Assembly (NCBI RefSeq): GCF_026210795.1
Contig: NC_089434.1
Location: 4,898,001 to 4,962,000, forward strand
Source: Rhizophagus irregularis
Lineage: Eukaryota
Reading direction: 5' to 3'
Length of the DNA stretch: 64,000 nucleotides
Shown here piece by piece: positions 1 to 10,980 of the stretch (its first letter is position 1; each line of letters begins with the position of its first letter). The notes beneath the pieces are model-generated. The model worked only from the letters and a program-made list of their open reading frames with translations. It did not search any database and was not told the origin of the DNA. A program made the translations under genes and the position numbers.

Positions 1-715
1 AATCAATAATTTCTTTAATTAATTAATTGTAAAATATTGTAAAAATATCAATTTTTTTTGATTTTTATGAATTTGAAAATCAAACTTGAAAATCTTAATC
101 ATCTTTCTACATGTTGTTATAAAAAAAATTGAAAGAAAAAAAAATTAAAAATAAATTTGGGGGAAAGAAAAAGGATAAAGAAAGGAATCGGTTCAAAAAA
201 AAGGGAAATTTCCAAAAAAAAAGGAATCTGAAAAAAAATAAGTACCGAAAAAAATTCTGAAAAAAAAAGGACAATAATTCAAAAAAATATATATATTTTT
301 CAGTTTAGGAAAAAAAATTAAACCTAAACGGGAAAAGAATGAGAAAAAACAAATTTTTTGGTTTGAAAAAAAACTAAACCGAAAGAAGAAAGGAAGAAAA
401 TTTTTTTTTCAGTTTGAAAAAAAAAACGAAAAATTTAAAATTATTAATCAAAAAAAAAATTTTAAAATTTCATTAACTGAAATTGTATTAGTTGATTGGG
501 GATAAATAGATCAGGTGGAGGTATGTCACCATTCACAAAAATTAAAAATCGGGTTTGATCAGTTTGATTAATCGGTTTAAACCGGTTTGAAATAACCAGT
601 TAATCGGTTTAAACCGGTTTGAATATAACCGGTTAACCGAATCGTAAACCGGTTAAATTTCGAATCGGTTAAACCCGGTTATAAATCTGATAACCGATTC
701 CGGTTCTAACCTCTA
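1..715. mobile_element. Right end of a hAT-like DNA transposon (left part outside the window)
   Basis: Cluster of (A)ACCGGTT/AACCGATT subterminal motifs at 550-705, ending ...GGTTCTAACCTCTA at 715 (reverse complement TAGAGGTTAGAACC, a hAT-style terminus). The partner end is not visible. Confidence 0.55.
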
Positions 716-1166
716 GTCTCAAGTGTTATAATTAATAAACTAAAAATTTTTTTTTAAAAAAAAATATTGAATTTAATTAGACATCAATAAGCTAAAGATC
801 AAAACATATTTACCAATCTAGACTTATTATTTGAAAATATTATGCAATTTGCAAAGATTACTAATGATTACTATTAAAAGAGGTTAGTGATTTTGATGAC
901 TAATTGTATAAAACTTTAACTCAAAGTGATGTATTCTTAAAAATTTGAACAATAATAGAATTAGTATTATCTTTCAATTAAACTAAAGTTTCTATATATA
1001 AAGATATATATGCTACAATGAAATTAATTTGAGAAAATGATACTATAACCAATTAAATTAGAAAATTATCTTTAAGGTAATTGAAATACAAAGTATTAAT
1101 TCTAATAATGATAAGCTAACATAGTAACATTTAATATTAATCATTTAGATTTAAATAAGCAAAATC

Positions 1167-1558
1167 TAAAGTTTCAAACAGTTCAGCTCAGTTCCATTTT
1201 TCAGTTTTTTTCTGATTGATCAAAATCTGTTTTACATAATAACTTGCTATCCAGTAATTGTAGAAAGCCAATCAATAGCTTATTAGAATTGTCTCATTAG
1301 AACAGTTTGAATGATACTAAAAACATCTTTTTAGTATCGATAGATAGCAAGTTATTTTTTGAAAAATTGGCAAAATTAACTCGTCATCTATCAATATTAG
1401 AAAAATGTTTTTAGTACTATTTAAATCATTTTGATAAGACGATTCTAATGAGATATTAATTGGCTTTCTATGATTATTAAATTGCAAATTATTGTGCAAA
1501 ATGGATTTTAAATAATTAAAAAAAACTGAAAAATGGAACTGAACTGTTCAGAGCTTTA
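1167..1558. mobile_element. hAT-type MITE
   Basis: About 40-bp inverted ends (TAAAGTTTCAAACAGTTCAG...TTCCATTTTTCAG vs reverse complement TAAAGCTCTGAACAGTTCAGTTCCATTTTTCAG). 8-bp TSD GCAAAATC/GTAAAATC with one mismatch. Confidence 0.8.
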
Positions 1559-1909
1559 GTAAAATCCTACCAGTAATTATTGTGACAATTCTAACAAAAA
1601 GAAATACAAAAGCTGATAAAATTAATTAACTCTTACTTGATATAATAAATATGACAGTTCATATAAAAATAAATCTGCTAAGTATTGAGCAATTTCTAAA
1701 ATAAAAGTACAAAAAAAAATAATAAATAATAAAAGTATTGAAAAATATTTGAAGTTTGTAGATTCATTTTATGGAGTAAACTTCTGTGCTCAAATTTATA
1801 CCAATCAGCTTATCATCCATGTGTAAATATGTAATATCTAAAATACACTAAAAAAACAGTTAGAAACCAATCCTATGAAAAGTTTTTATACTTAAAATAT
1901 ACTTAAAAT

Positions 1910-3433
1910 TAAAGCTCTGCATGAGCCGGCTTGAGCCAAGCCACAGTCTGGCTCAGCTCAGCTCGAAAAAAAAAATTCTGGCCTGAGCCAGAATAAGCCG
2001 AGCTATAAAAATTTTGGCTCAAGTTAGCGCTGGAATTTCAACCGAGCTAATTTAAAAATCATAGCTCGAGCTGCCCAGGCTTTCAAGCTTTATCTTCATA
2101 AAAACGTTTCGCAACATTTTTTATTGAAGCATTGAAATAAACGTTGCAAAACGTTTTTTTCTAATATAATATAGTGAAAAAACGTTTTCACAACGTTTCT
2201 TTACTAAAGAATTTAAAAAACGTTGCAAAACGTTTCTTTCTAATATACCATAGTGAAAAAGACGTTTTCGCAACGTTTCTTTACTAAAGAATTAAAAAAA
2301 ACGTTGCGAAACATTTTTTTCTAATATAATATTGTGAAAAAAACATTTTCGCAACGTTTTTTATTAAAGAATTAAAAAAAATATTGCAAAACGCTTTTTT
2401 CTAATATAACATAGTGAAAAAAATGTTTTCGCAACATTTTTTTACTAAAGAATTAAAAAAAATGTTGCAAAACGCTTTTTTCTAATATAATATTGTGAAA
2501 AAAATGTTTTCGCAACGCTTTTTTATTAAAGAATTAAAAAAATGTTGCAAAACGCTTTTTTTAATATAATATTATACAAAAAACGCTTTTGCAACGCTTT
2601 TTTATTAAAGAATTAAAAAACGCTTGCAAAACGCTTTTTTCTAATATAATATTGTAAAAAAACGTTTTCGCAACGTTTTTTATTAAAGAATTTAAAAAAA
2701 CGTTGCGAAATATTTTTTTCTAATATAATATTGTGAAAAAACGTTTTCGCAACATTTTTTATTAAAGAATTAAAAAAACGTTGCAAAACGTTTTTTTCTA
2801 ATATAATATTGTGAAAAAAACGTTTTTGCAATGTTTTTTATTAAAGAATTAAAAAAAACGTTGTGAAACATTTTTTTTAATATAATATTATACAAAAAAC
2901 ATTTTCGCAACGTTTTTTTATTAAAGAATTAAAAAAAACGTTGCGAAACGTTTTTTTCTAATATAATATTGTGAAAAAACGTTTTCGCAATGTTTTTTAT
3001 TAAAGAATTTAAAAAACGTTGCAAAAGCGTTTTTTCTAATATAATATTGTGAAAAAAACGTTTTCGCAACGTTTTTTATTAAAGAATTAAAAAAAACGTT
3101 GCAAAACGTTTTTTTTAATATAATATTATACAAAAAACGTTTTCACAACGTTTTTATTAAAGAATTTAAAAAAATGTTGCGAAACGTTTTTTTAATATAA
3201 TATTATACAAAAAATGTTTTCGCAACGTTTTTTGTATGATAACTCAAGCCAGCTCGAGCTTTTTGAGCCGAGCCTATTACTGGCTTAAGCTTTTTGAGCC
3301 GAGTCTATTACTGGCTCGAGCTCTTTTTAAGCTAGCTCGCGAGCCACTGAGCCAATTTAATCGTGGCTCAGTTCAGCTCAGATTGAAAAGCTCGAGCCAG
3401 CTTGTGAGCTGGCTCAGCTCATGCGGAACTTTA
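1910..3433. mobile_element. Non-autonomous hAT element with an internal tandem array
   Basis: TIR TAAAGCTCTGCATGAGC vs reverse complement TAAAGTTCCGCATGAGC. Perfect 8-bp TSD CTTAAAAT (1902-1909, 3434-3441). GAGCC/GGCTC subterminal repeats at both ends. Confidence 0.92.
2100..3235. repeat. Tandem array of about 14 x 79-80 bp quasi-palindromic units
   Basis: TTAAAGAATT recurs every 79-80 bp. Each unit holds AAAACGTTGCRAAACGTTTTT and its reverse complement AAAACGTTTTYGCAACGTTTT. Confidence 0.95.
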
Positions 3434-3879
3434 CTTAAAATTTTATTAAAATATACTTAAAATAAGTATCAATTTTAATTCACGATATACTTATAATATA
3501 CCTAAAATATGCCTAAAATACTCTCAAAATATACTTTTAAAGTACTTATTTTTTTACCCAAGTACTTAAATTATACTTAAAGTATTAGAATTTAAGTGTA
3601 TTTTTTATATGTTTAAAATATTCTTAAAATATGCTTAAATTAAAATTTAAGTGCAACATATGTGCGGATCTTAACCCTAACCCCAATTTTTGAGACATAA
3701 TCCCAAGTGACGGTCATTAAATTGACATATGGTAACACAACTTGCAAGCATTTTAATTGGTGATGATCTCAATTAGGTAACTAAGTACAAAATTACGTTT
3801 CACAAAATTAAAAAAATTTTATATGCCGATAAAATATTTTACGCGTAATATTCATTTTTTTTATTTGCAAATCGCAAAA

Positions 3880-6127
3880 ATGGAAGAAGTTCACAATTAT
3901 CCTTTTGATCCAGTTATTAAGTTTAAACAGCCAGGACGTAGTTTCAGTATAAAATTATAAAAGAAGGCACATATCCCAATAAATCATCACTGGTTTATAC
4001 TCTTCCTCCAAATAAGTATCGTATTCCTGATAATTATGTAGTAGAAACAACCTGGGGTAGAAGTACAAATCAGTGTACTGTTCAATGTATTATTAATTAT
4101 AATGATAGTAAACCAGTTTTTCAAATATGTTTTGGAAAATATTTTGAATATAAGGTTTCTTCAGTTAAAACTGCTACAGATGCTGCAAATTTATTTCATA
4201 AGGTTTGTATATTGAAATGATTTTTTTTCCACTTTTTTACGTAAAATAACAAAAAATTTCATCTTTTTAGCAATATTCTTCACAAAAAGGAACTAAAACA
4301 TCAGGCATTTATTTGTTTGGCCTTCAACTTAAAATATTGGATAAGGTAAGAGATAAAAAACGATGTGCACATATGTTAAAACAAATTAATCAATGTGGCA
4401 ATTCTACTCTCACAAGACGAGCTACATGTATTGGAAATCACATGTTAGCTGAATTCACTGAGAAAGCACCAAATTTTTACAATGTGGAAGAAATTCCAGT
4501 ATTGGAAAATATTCGTTACTCTGTCAATAATCATATCTTTGATATCAATTATGGAAATGAAGATAAAACTAAAAAAAAACAAAAAATTGAATCAATGGTT
4601 AGAGTATTAGATGAAGAAAACATTTCAAGAAATCCTTATCGACGTTTATATGCTATTGAATCTCACTTACCTCGTGAAGGAGCAGTATCAAAAGAACGTC
4701 AAAGAATAAATAAAGAAATGGCCCAGCTTATACCAATATCAATAGTGGACGTAAATACTAAGAATCAAGTAGATCAATCTGAAGAGGAAGATATAGAAGA
4801 TGAAGCTATAGTACAAGAGGTAATTGATGCAGTTGGTAAAGGAGGTTATAGAAATATTAAAGATATCTTGCAATATTTAGTTCCTGATCTCATTCAAAAA
4901 GGAATTTTAAATCCACATCAGCCAACAATTAATCTTCGAATATCTGGAGATGGACGTAATGTTGGTAGAAAAGTTAAGCATGTGATGGTTGCAGTAGCTA
5001 TTTTGGATGACAAGAGTATTTTATATAAGCCAAATCATTATCATACAACCATACTTTATCCTGGATGTGAAAATTACGATTTTTTATCAAATGTAATGGC
5101 CCCATTTTGTCATGATTTAAGAAATTTAAAAGAGCAGGGATTAGTTATTAACAATATAAAATGGAATTTTCAACTTTACTTTTCATCTGATTGGAAGTTT
5201 TTAGCAACTTGCTTGGGTTTTAATGGCGCTCACAGTAAGAATTTTTGTCCTTGGTGCACAATTAGCAAATCACAGCAAGGAGACCTATCAAAGGAATGGA
5301 TAATTAGCAAGAATATAAATAAATTAATTGAGAAGAATAATTATTATGAAGGACACTCCAGAAAACCTCTTTTTGATATGATACCTCTTAATCATTGGAT
5401 TCCTGATGAATTGCATGTAATGTTACGAATTACTGATCGATTGTGGAGTCTCTTGATAGCAGAATTAATAGAACAGGGTTCTTTTAATGATATTGCACGA
5501 AAAATTATTATAGACGAAATGAAAAAAATTAAAATAAATTTTCAATTTTGGCAAGATCAAGGATCTAAAGCATGGAATTATACTTCTTTGATGGGAGATG
5601 ATAAACTCAAGGTATTACAATTTTTTAATCTAACAAAAATTCTTCCAAGAAGACGTGCTACTATGATACGAGATTTGTGGAACAAATTTTATGAGCTTTA
5701 TATAAAAATGAAAGATCCCATAACAAAAGCTGAAGATTTTAAAAATGATGCAAAAAATTGGCTTACTTTATTCTTGACACCATCTGAAGGTATTCCAAAT
5801 ACTCAAGGATTTAAGAAAGGCTTGTATCAACCAGATAATATGACGCCATATATTCATGTGTTAGTTCATCATATTTCTGAATTTATGACAATTCACCAGA
5901 AATGGGGATTGAAAACTTTTTCATGTAGCGGTATTGAAAAAAAAAATCATGAACAGGTTTCTTATTTTTTTCGTAAGACAATGAAAGATGGTGGGGGTGG
6001 TAAAAAGAAATCTCAATCATTAGCAATTGTTGAAATTTTACAACATGAAAATCGAAATCTCTTTTATAATCACAATAATATTCCTTTAAGTTACCAAAAT
6101 CCCAAAAAAATTCACATCAAAACTTAA
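3880..6127 (+). CDS. RAG1/Transib-like DDE transposase with an N-terminal FYR-like domain, about 726 aa; exons 3880-4202 and 4271-6127; one 1-bp frameshift near 3948
   Basis: Motifs occur in RAG1-core order: ISGDGRNV (D), SSDWKF (D), CPWC, DELH, LYIKMK, TPYIHVLVHH, SCSGIEKKNH (E). GT..AG intron at 4203-4270 is in frame with the 604-aa ORF. Exon 1 is 323 nt and needs one more base to be open. Confidence 0.8.
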
Positions 6128-6511
6128 GATATATAATATCTTACGTGTTAGTAATAAAATAAAATTATTACGGTAAAAAAATACAAAAAAATTTTTTTTG
6201 GAACAATTTAAGCTGTGTATGATGTAAATTGGCGATCAGTATTGCCAAATTAATTTTAGTATTATATCACGCAAAAAAATCACAAAATAATTATGCGAAT
6301 TTATATATTTTTTATTATAATTTATTAATATTTTCTTTTAGTTTAAAAAAGTCTATTTACACTTAGCATTAGACGTCCAATAACTTTACTTCACTACAAA
6401 ATTTTTTAATTTCTAATATAATTTGTACATCTATCATAGTAAGATTTTATCAAAATTAACCAATATAATACATTTAAAAATCAAAAAAAAAAATGATACA
6501 AATGCTTATTT

Positions 6512-7183
6512 TCATTGAATCATAGCTTGACTATTAAAGAAATGAAAATATATATGCCCTGCTTGAGTGAGATTACCGTTAAAATCAATATTTTTTTGTT
6601 GTTTCCATTCCACCACAAGTTGCCTACATTTGTATTTTGATTTACACTTTTTAGTAGCTCGTAAAATAGGATTTTCATCATCAGATCCAATATTAGCATC
6701 ATCACAAAGTACAATATAAGTACGTTGTTGTTGCTCATAAAATTTAACCGCCCATTCCTGTATATCTAGAATATTTGCCAATATCTGATTTGCTGAAACT
6801 CCACAAAACATACATTTGTAAAAGCCCCTCCTAGCTGAATAATAATGTATATGATTCTTAAACACAGCATAAAATTGACTTTCAGTAGCAGGAACAGATA
6901 CTGTTTGTTTGCCTAATTGTTTATAACTCCTTGGTAGTTTCTTACGAATATAGTAAACTAAGATACTTTTAAATTGTTGTATAGTATTTTCGGGCAAAAT
7001 GTCAAGATCTGAACGTGAAATATTGTATTTTTTAACAATATTAAGATGTCTTGTCAACCCACTTTTTTTTTTAAATAATTTTCTGCATACATTACACTCA
7101 AACCTTGAATCAATAGTAGTTGTTGGAGTTGTTGGAGTTATTGGAAGTGAAACAATACCGTTGGAGACTTCAGATCGATTCAT
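6512..7183 (-). CDS. C2H2-like zinc-finger protein (223 aa), second gene of the RAG1-like element
   Basis: Open ORF containing FECNVCRKLFKKKSGLTRHL. The likely start is ATG 7183, just after a probable 5'UTR intron (GTAAAT at 7264 to TTTAAG near 7188). Confidence 0.75.
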   Translation of the reverse strand: MNRSEVSNGIVSLPITPTTPTTTIDSRFECNVCRKLFKKKSGLTRHLNIVKKYNISRSDLDILPENTIQQFKSILVYYIRKKLPRSYKQLGKQTVSVPATESQFYAVFKNHIHYYSARRGFYKCMFCGVSANQILANILDIQEWAVKFYEQQQRTYIVLCDDANIGSDDENPILRATKKCKSKYKCRQLVVEWKQQKNIDFNGNLTQAGHIYFHFFNSQAMIQ

Positions 7184-8599
7184 ACTACTTAAAATACAAA
7201 ATAAATAGTGTAAATACATATAGTTTTGAAGAATATTAAGCTAAGCACGCCCTGTATAATTTACCTTTAGAAGAGATGGGTTTTGTGGTGAGGAGATGGG
7301 TTTGACGCGACAGTTGTTAGTAAATTTTTTTTTTTAGGGGTTTTTTTGGTGAGTAAGTCAGGTGATGGACATATGATGCAGTGTAACAATTACGATGGTC
7401 ACATGCATTTTAATAGTAATTTGGGGTCTCTAATTTAGGTCCAATGCTAATAATAGGCTGATATGATATAAGTGTATTTTTTATATACTTAAAATATACT
7501 TAAATTGAATTTTAAGTATATTTTAAGAATATTTTAAACATGTAAAAATACACTTAAATTGTACTTAAATTTTAGTTTAAGTATACTTTAAGTATAATTT
7601 AAGTACTTGGGTAAAAAAATAAGTACTTTAAAAGTATATTTTGAGAGTATTTTAGGCATATTTTAGGTATATTATAAGTATATCGCGAATTAAAATTGAT
7701 ACTTATTTTAAGTATATTTTAATAAAATTTTAAGTATATTTTAAGTATAAAAACTTTTCATAAGGCAAATACATTACTATAATTCAAAATTGCTTATATT
7801 TGGAAATGATACTATTTGTTATGATCAATTACTTAAATTAGCTCAAATACCTAATTCACCTATTTATATCAGAGATATATGTAATATTAATAAACAGGAT
7901 AACACTACCATATATCAGACATTTCATTTGGATTTAATATTAATGTATCAAAAAGATAGTATTTTAATACCAGAAAAAGCTAGTTTTTTCATTTATATAT
8001 CCATATTAAAATATTAAATAATTCTTTCTTTTCTTTTTTTTTAAAATATATTTATCAATTAATATAAGTGTTTTTAATTATTTTTAAGTTTTTCTAATAG
8101 GTGAATTATTTAATGTCTATTTAAATCATCAAATTAATTATAAAACTAAAACTATTATAATGATGCAAATATATTTTTTTTACAATATTGGAAACTTTTA
8201 TCAATAAAATACATTTAGAGATTTTAGCGAAATAGTATTTCTATATGCGAAGCTTGTTTCATTATAAAGCTACAATATTTTTACTAGTTTAGTAAAATCT
8301 TTAGTTTTACTTATTATTGCATATAGAGATTTGATCTTAAATTTTAATTGAATAAAATTAGTATTATTCTGATTATCTATTGTTACTCTAAGTTCTAGGA
8401 GTATAGTACAGAAGCACTGAAAATTATATTTAGAATTGTAAAACAGCTTGTATTAGACTTTACAACTTATGAATTTTTAAAGTATTGTGAAAAGTAATAT
8501 ATATACCATGATAATTAATTAGAAATGAAAAATTCAAAATTGATAAAAATAAATTATCAGCATCTGATAAGTAATTATTAATTTTTTTTTATGAAAAAA

Positions 8600-8925
8600 T
8601 GTATTTGTAACAGCCTGTTACATATCTTATTTGTAACATCCTTTTTTTATTTTTTTTTAATAATAAATTTAATATGTGTTTCACAAATAAAATTTTTATA
8701 TGCAAAATTTAATTTGGAAAACTTTTACTTAATGTACTTAAGACAGTTTCATAGACAAAATTTTAAGTTATAAGCAGTTTCTTGAAATTTTTTAAAAAAT
8801 TCTTTTGTCTTAGTTACACAACTGATCTTTTGTTTTTGTTTACATTATGCCCGATCTTAAATTTTAATTGGATAAAATTGGGAGTTGTTACAAATAAGAT
8901 GTGTAACAGGCTGTTACAATTAGAT
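8600..8925. mobile_element. MITE-like inverted-repeat element
   Basis: TTGTAACAGCCTGTTACATATCTTATTTGTAACA (about 8605-8638) is inverted at about 8886-8919. TSD not resolved. Confidence 0.6.
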
Positions 8926-9007
8926 TTATCCTTTTTTTATATTCAATATTTAAAATTAATTAATTAAATCAATCAAATAGAATATACAATTGATATTAAT
9001 ACATATA

Positions 9008-9522
9008 CACAGTGAAATTTGATAAACCAAATCTATCAGTTTCACTAAAAATATCTGGTTTATCGGGATATCCTGTATATCAAAAAAACTGAAAATTTAT
9101 TATACTGAATTTTCAAAAAATTTTCATGTTAATAAAACTAATATATACTATAATTTAATTTTTTCATCTTAGTTTTAAGTCATAGAGTTCATGAAAATGA
9201 ATATAAAATATTTTTAATTAAAGATATAAGTAATACATAACTTCAGCCAGAATTAAGATTCTTATAATTCTGGCCAAAATTAAGATTTACCACATTATAT
9301 TACTTAAATTTTATTGGTTAATGATTATGTGATCTGGTTTATCAAATTATTTTTACTATAGCTAGTTAGAAAATTAATCTGTTATAGTGAATATCAAGTT
9401 TTTACTAGTAAACTCTGGTATATCAAAACTATTTTAATATATGTGATTTGGTTCCAGTAAAAAAGTCCGGTTTAGGCCCAAATCCAGTTTATTAAAGATC
9501 TGGTTCATCGAATTTCACTGTG
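9008..9522. mobile_element. Tc1/mariner-pogo-type MITE with TA TSD
   Basis: TA|CACAGTGAAATTTGATAAACCA ... TGGTTCATCGAATTTCACTGTG|TA. Confidence 0.8.
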
Positions 9523-9639
9523 TAGTAAGGATGGGTTCACAAATGATTTTCAAATTCTGCAATATTGTGGATTTTGGAGTTGAATTGCGGTTAGTAGCCC
9601 GCAATTCTGCAATTCAGTTTTGGCGTTTTCTTACATACA

Positions 9640-10980
9640 AAAAATACCAGAACTAATAGTTTTTTTATACAAAAATGCCAGAATTATTGCTTCCAGTATA
9701 TTTTTTAATTTTTTTTAATAAAAACGCCAGAACTATAGGTTCTGGCATATTTTTTAATTTTTTTATATAAAAATGCCAGAACTATAGGTTCTGGCGTTTT
9801 CTTTTAATTTATTTATATAAAAATGTCAGAACTATGGATTCTGCCGTTTTCTTTTAATTTATTTTATATAAAAATGCCAGAACTATGGGTTCTGGCATTT
9901 TCTTTTAATTTTTTTTATGTAAAAATGCCAGAACTATGGGTTCTGGCATTTTCTTTAATTTTTTTATGTAAAAATGCCAGAACTATGAGTTCTGGCATTT
10001 TCTTTTAATTTTTTTTATGTAAAAATGCCAGAACTATGAGTTCTGGCATTTTCTTTTAATTTTTTTTATGTAAAAACGCCAGAACTATGGGTTTTAGCAT
10101 TTTCTTTTAAATTTTTTAATATAAAAATGCCAGAACTATAGGTTCCAGCATTTTCTTTTAATTTTTTTATGTAAAAACGCTGGAACTATAGGTTCTAGCA
10201 TTTTCTTATAATTTTTTTTATATAAAAACACCGGAACTATAGGTTCTGGCATTTTCTTTTAATTTTTTTATGTAAAAACGCTGAAACTAAGGTTCTGGCA
10301 TTTTCTTTTAATTTTTTTTAATAAAAATGCCAGAACTATGGGTTCTGTCGTTTTCTTTTAATTTTTTTTAAGGCCACACAAATTCAATTTTTCGGTTCAC
10401 GTAATATTGAAATTTAAAATCGACCCGAGGACCTGGGGTTTATTGTTTATTAGTAAAAAAAGTTTATATATAAAATCGTGACATTTGATTGGTTGATTTT
10501 TAAAAGGGAGGAATTTATTTTCGCTCTAGAAGTTCTCAGCCGCGTGATAAACTTACCCGCCAATAAATTTACGTCCTGATCACGTGATAAATTTTTTATA
10601 TATAAACTTTTTTTTATTGAAATTTGAAAAAGTGACCCGGCCGGGTGAAGTGAACTGAAAATTCGAATTTGTGTGACCTAATAAAAACACCAGAACTATG
10701 GGTTCCGTTATTTTCTTTTAATTTTTTTTAATAAAAATGCTGGAACTAAGGTTCCAGTATTTTCTTTTAATTTTATTATGTAAAAATGCCGGAACTATAG
10801 GTTCTGGCATTTTCTTTTAATTTTTTTTTACGTAAAAATGCGGAATCCAAGCGTTCTTTTTAATTTTTTTTATGTAAAAACATCGAAACTATAGGTTCCA
10901 GCATTTTCTTTTAATTTTTTTTTAATTAAAACGCTAGAACTATAGGTTCCGGCATTTTCTTTTAATTTTTTTTTATGTAA
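9640..10980. repeat. Tandem array of about 20 x 50-51 bp hairpin units, interrupted by a MITE
   Basis: Unit AAAATGCCAGAAC-TATRG-GTTCTGGCATTTT-CTTTTAATTTTTTTTATGT with a period of about 50-51 bp. Confidence 0.95.
10372..10678. mobile_element. MITE with TAA TSD and GG..CC ends (Zator or PIF/Harbinger type)
   Basis: TAA|GGCCACACAAATTCAATTTTTCGGTTCAC ... GTGAACTGAAAATTCGAATTTGTGTGACC|TAA. Removing it restores an array unit. Confidence 0.85.

Larger units (their letters stand above)
3654..7468. mobile_element. Two-gene DNA transposon with a RAG1/Transib-like transposase and 6-bp TSD
   Basis: TAAGTG flanks both sides (3648-3653, 7469-7474). Removing the element restores a copy of the host MITE's internal repeat. 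The ends align ungapped as an imperfect inverted repeat (24/43). Two convergent genes inside. Confidence 0.8.
1871..7765. mobile_element. Palindromic CCC-ended (CACTA/CMC-like) MITE of about 0.55 kb, split by two later insertions
   Basis: Ends TCCTATGAAAAGTTTTTATAC / GTATAAAAACTTTTCATAAGG. 3-bp TSD CAA (1868-1870, 7766-7768). 1871-1909 plus 3442-3650 is the near-perfect reverse complement of about 7500-7765. Confidence 0.85.

Noticed and set aside
2100..3235. Regular palindromic repeats resembling a CRISPR array (also 9640-10980 and 51201-51395)
   Set aside because: Intervening sequences are repeated rather than unique spacers, there are no cas genes, the context is eukaryotic, and two arrays lie inside hAT TIRs.
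2613..3460. Short ORFs in the array and hAT end (also 9823-10008 and 11026-11322)
   Set aside because: These are translations of non-coding repeats.
3672..3683. TAACCCTAACCC telomere-like motif
   Set aside because: Only two units, inside the element end; not a telomeric tract.
1871..7765. Long outer inverted repeats as the TIRs of the RAG1-like transposon
   Set aside because: The TAAGTG duplication and the restored internal repeat indicate that the genes inserted into a pre-existing palindromic MITE.
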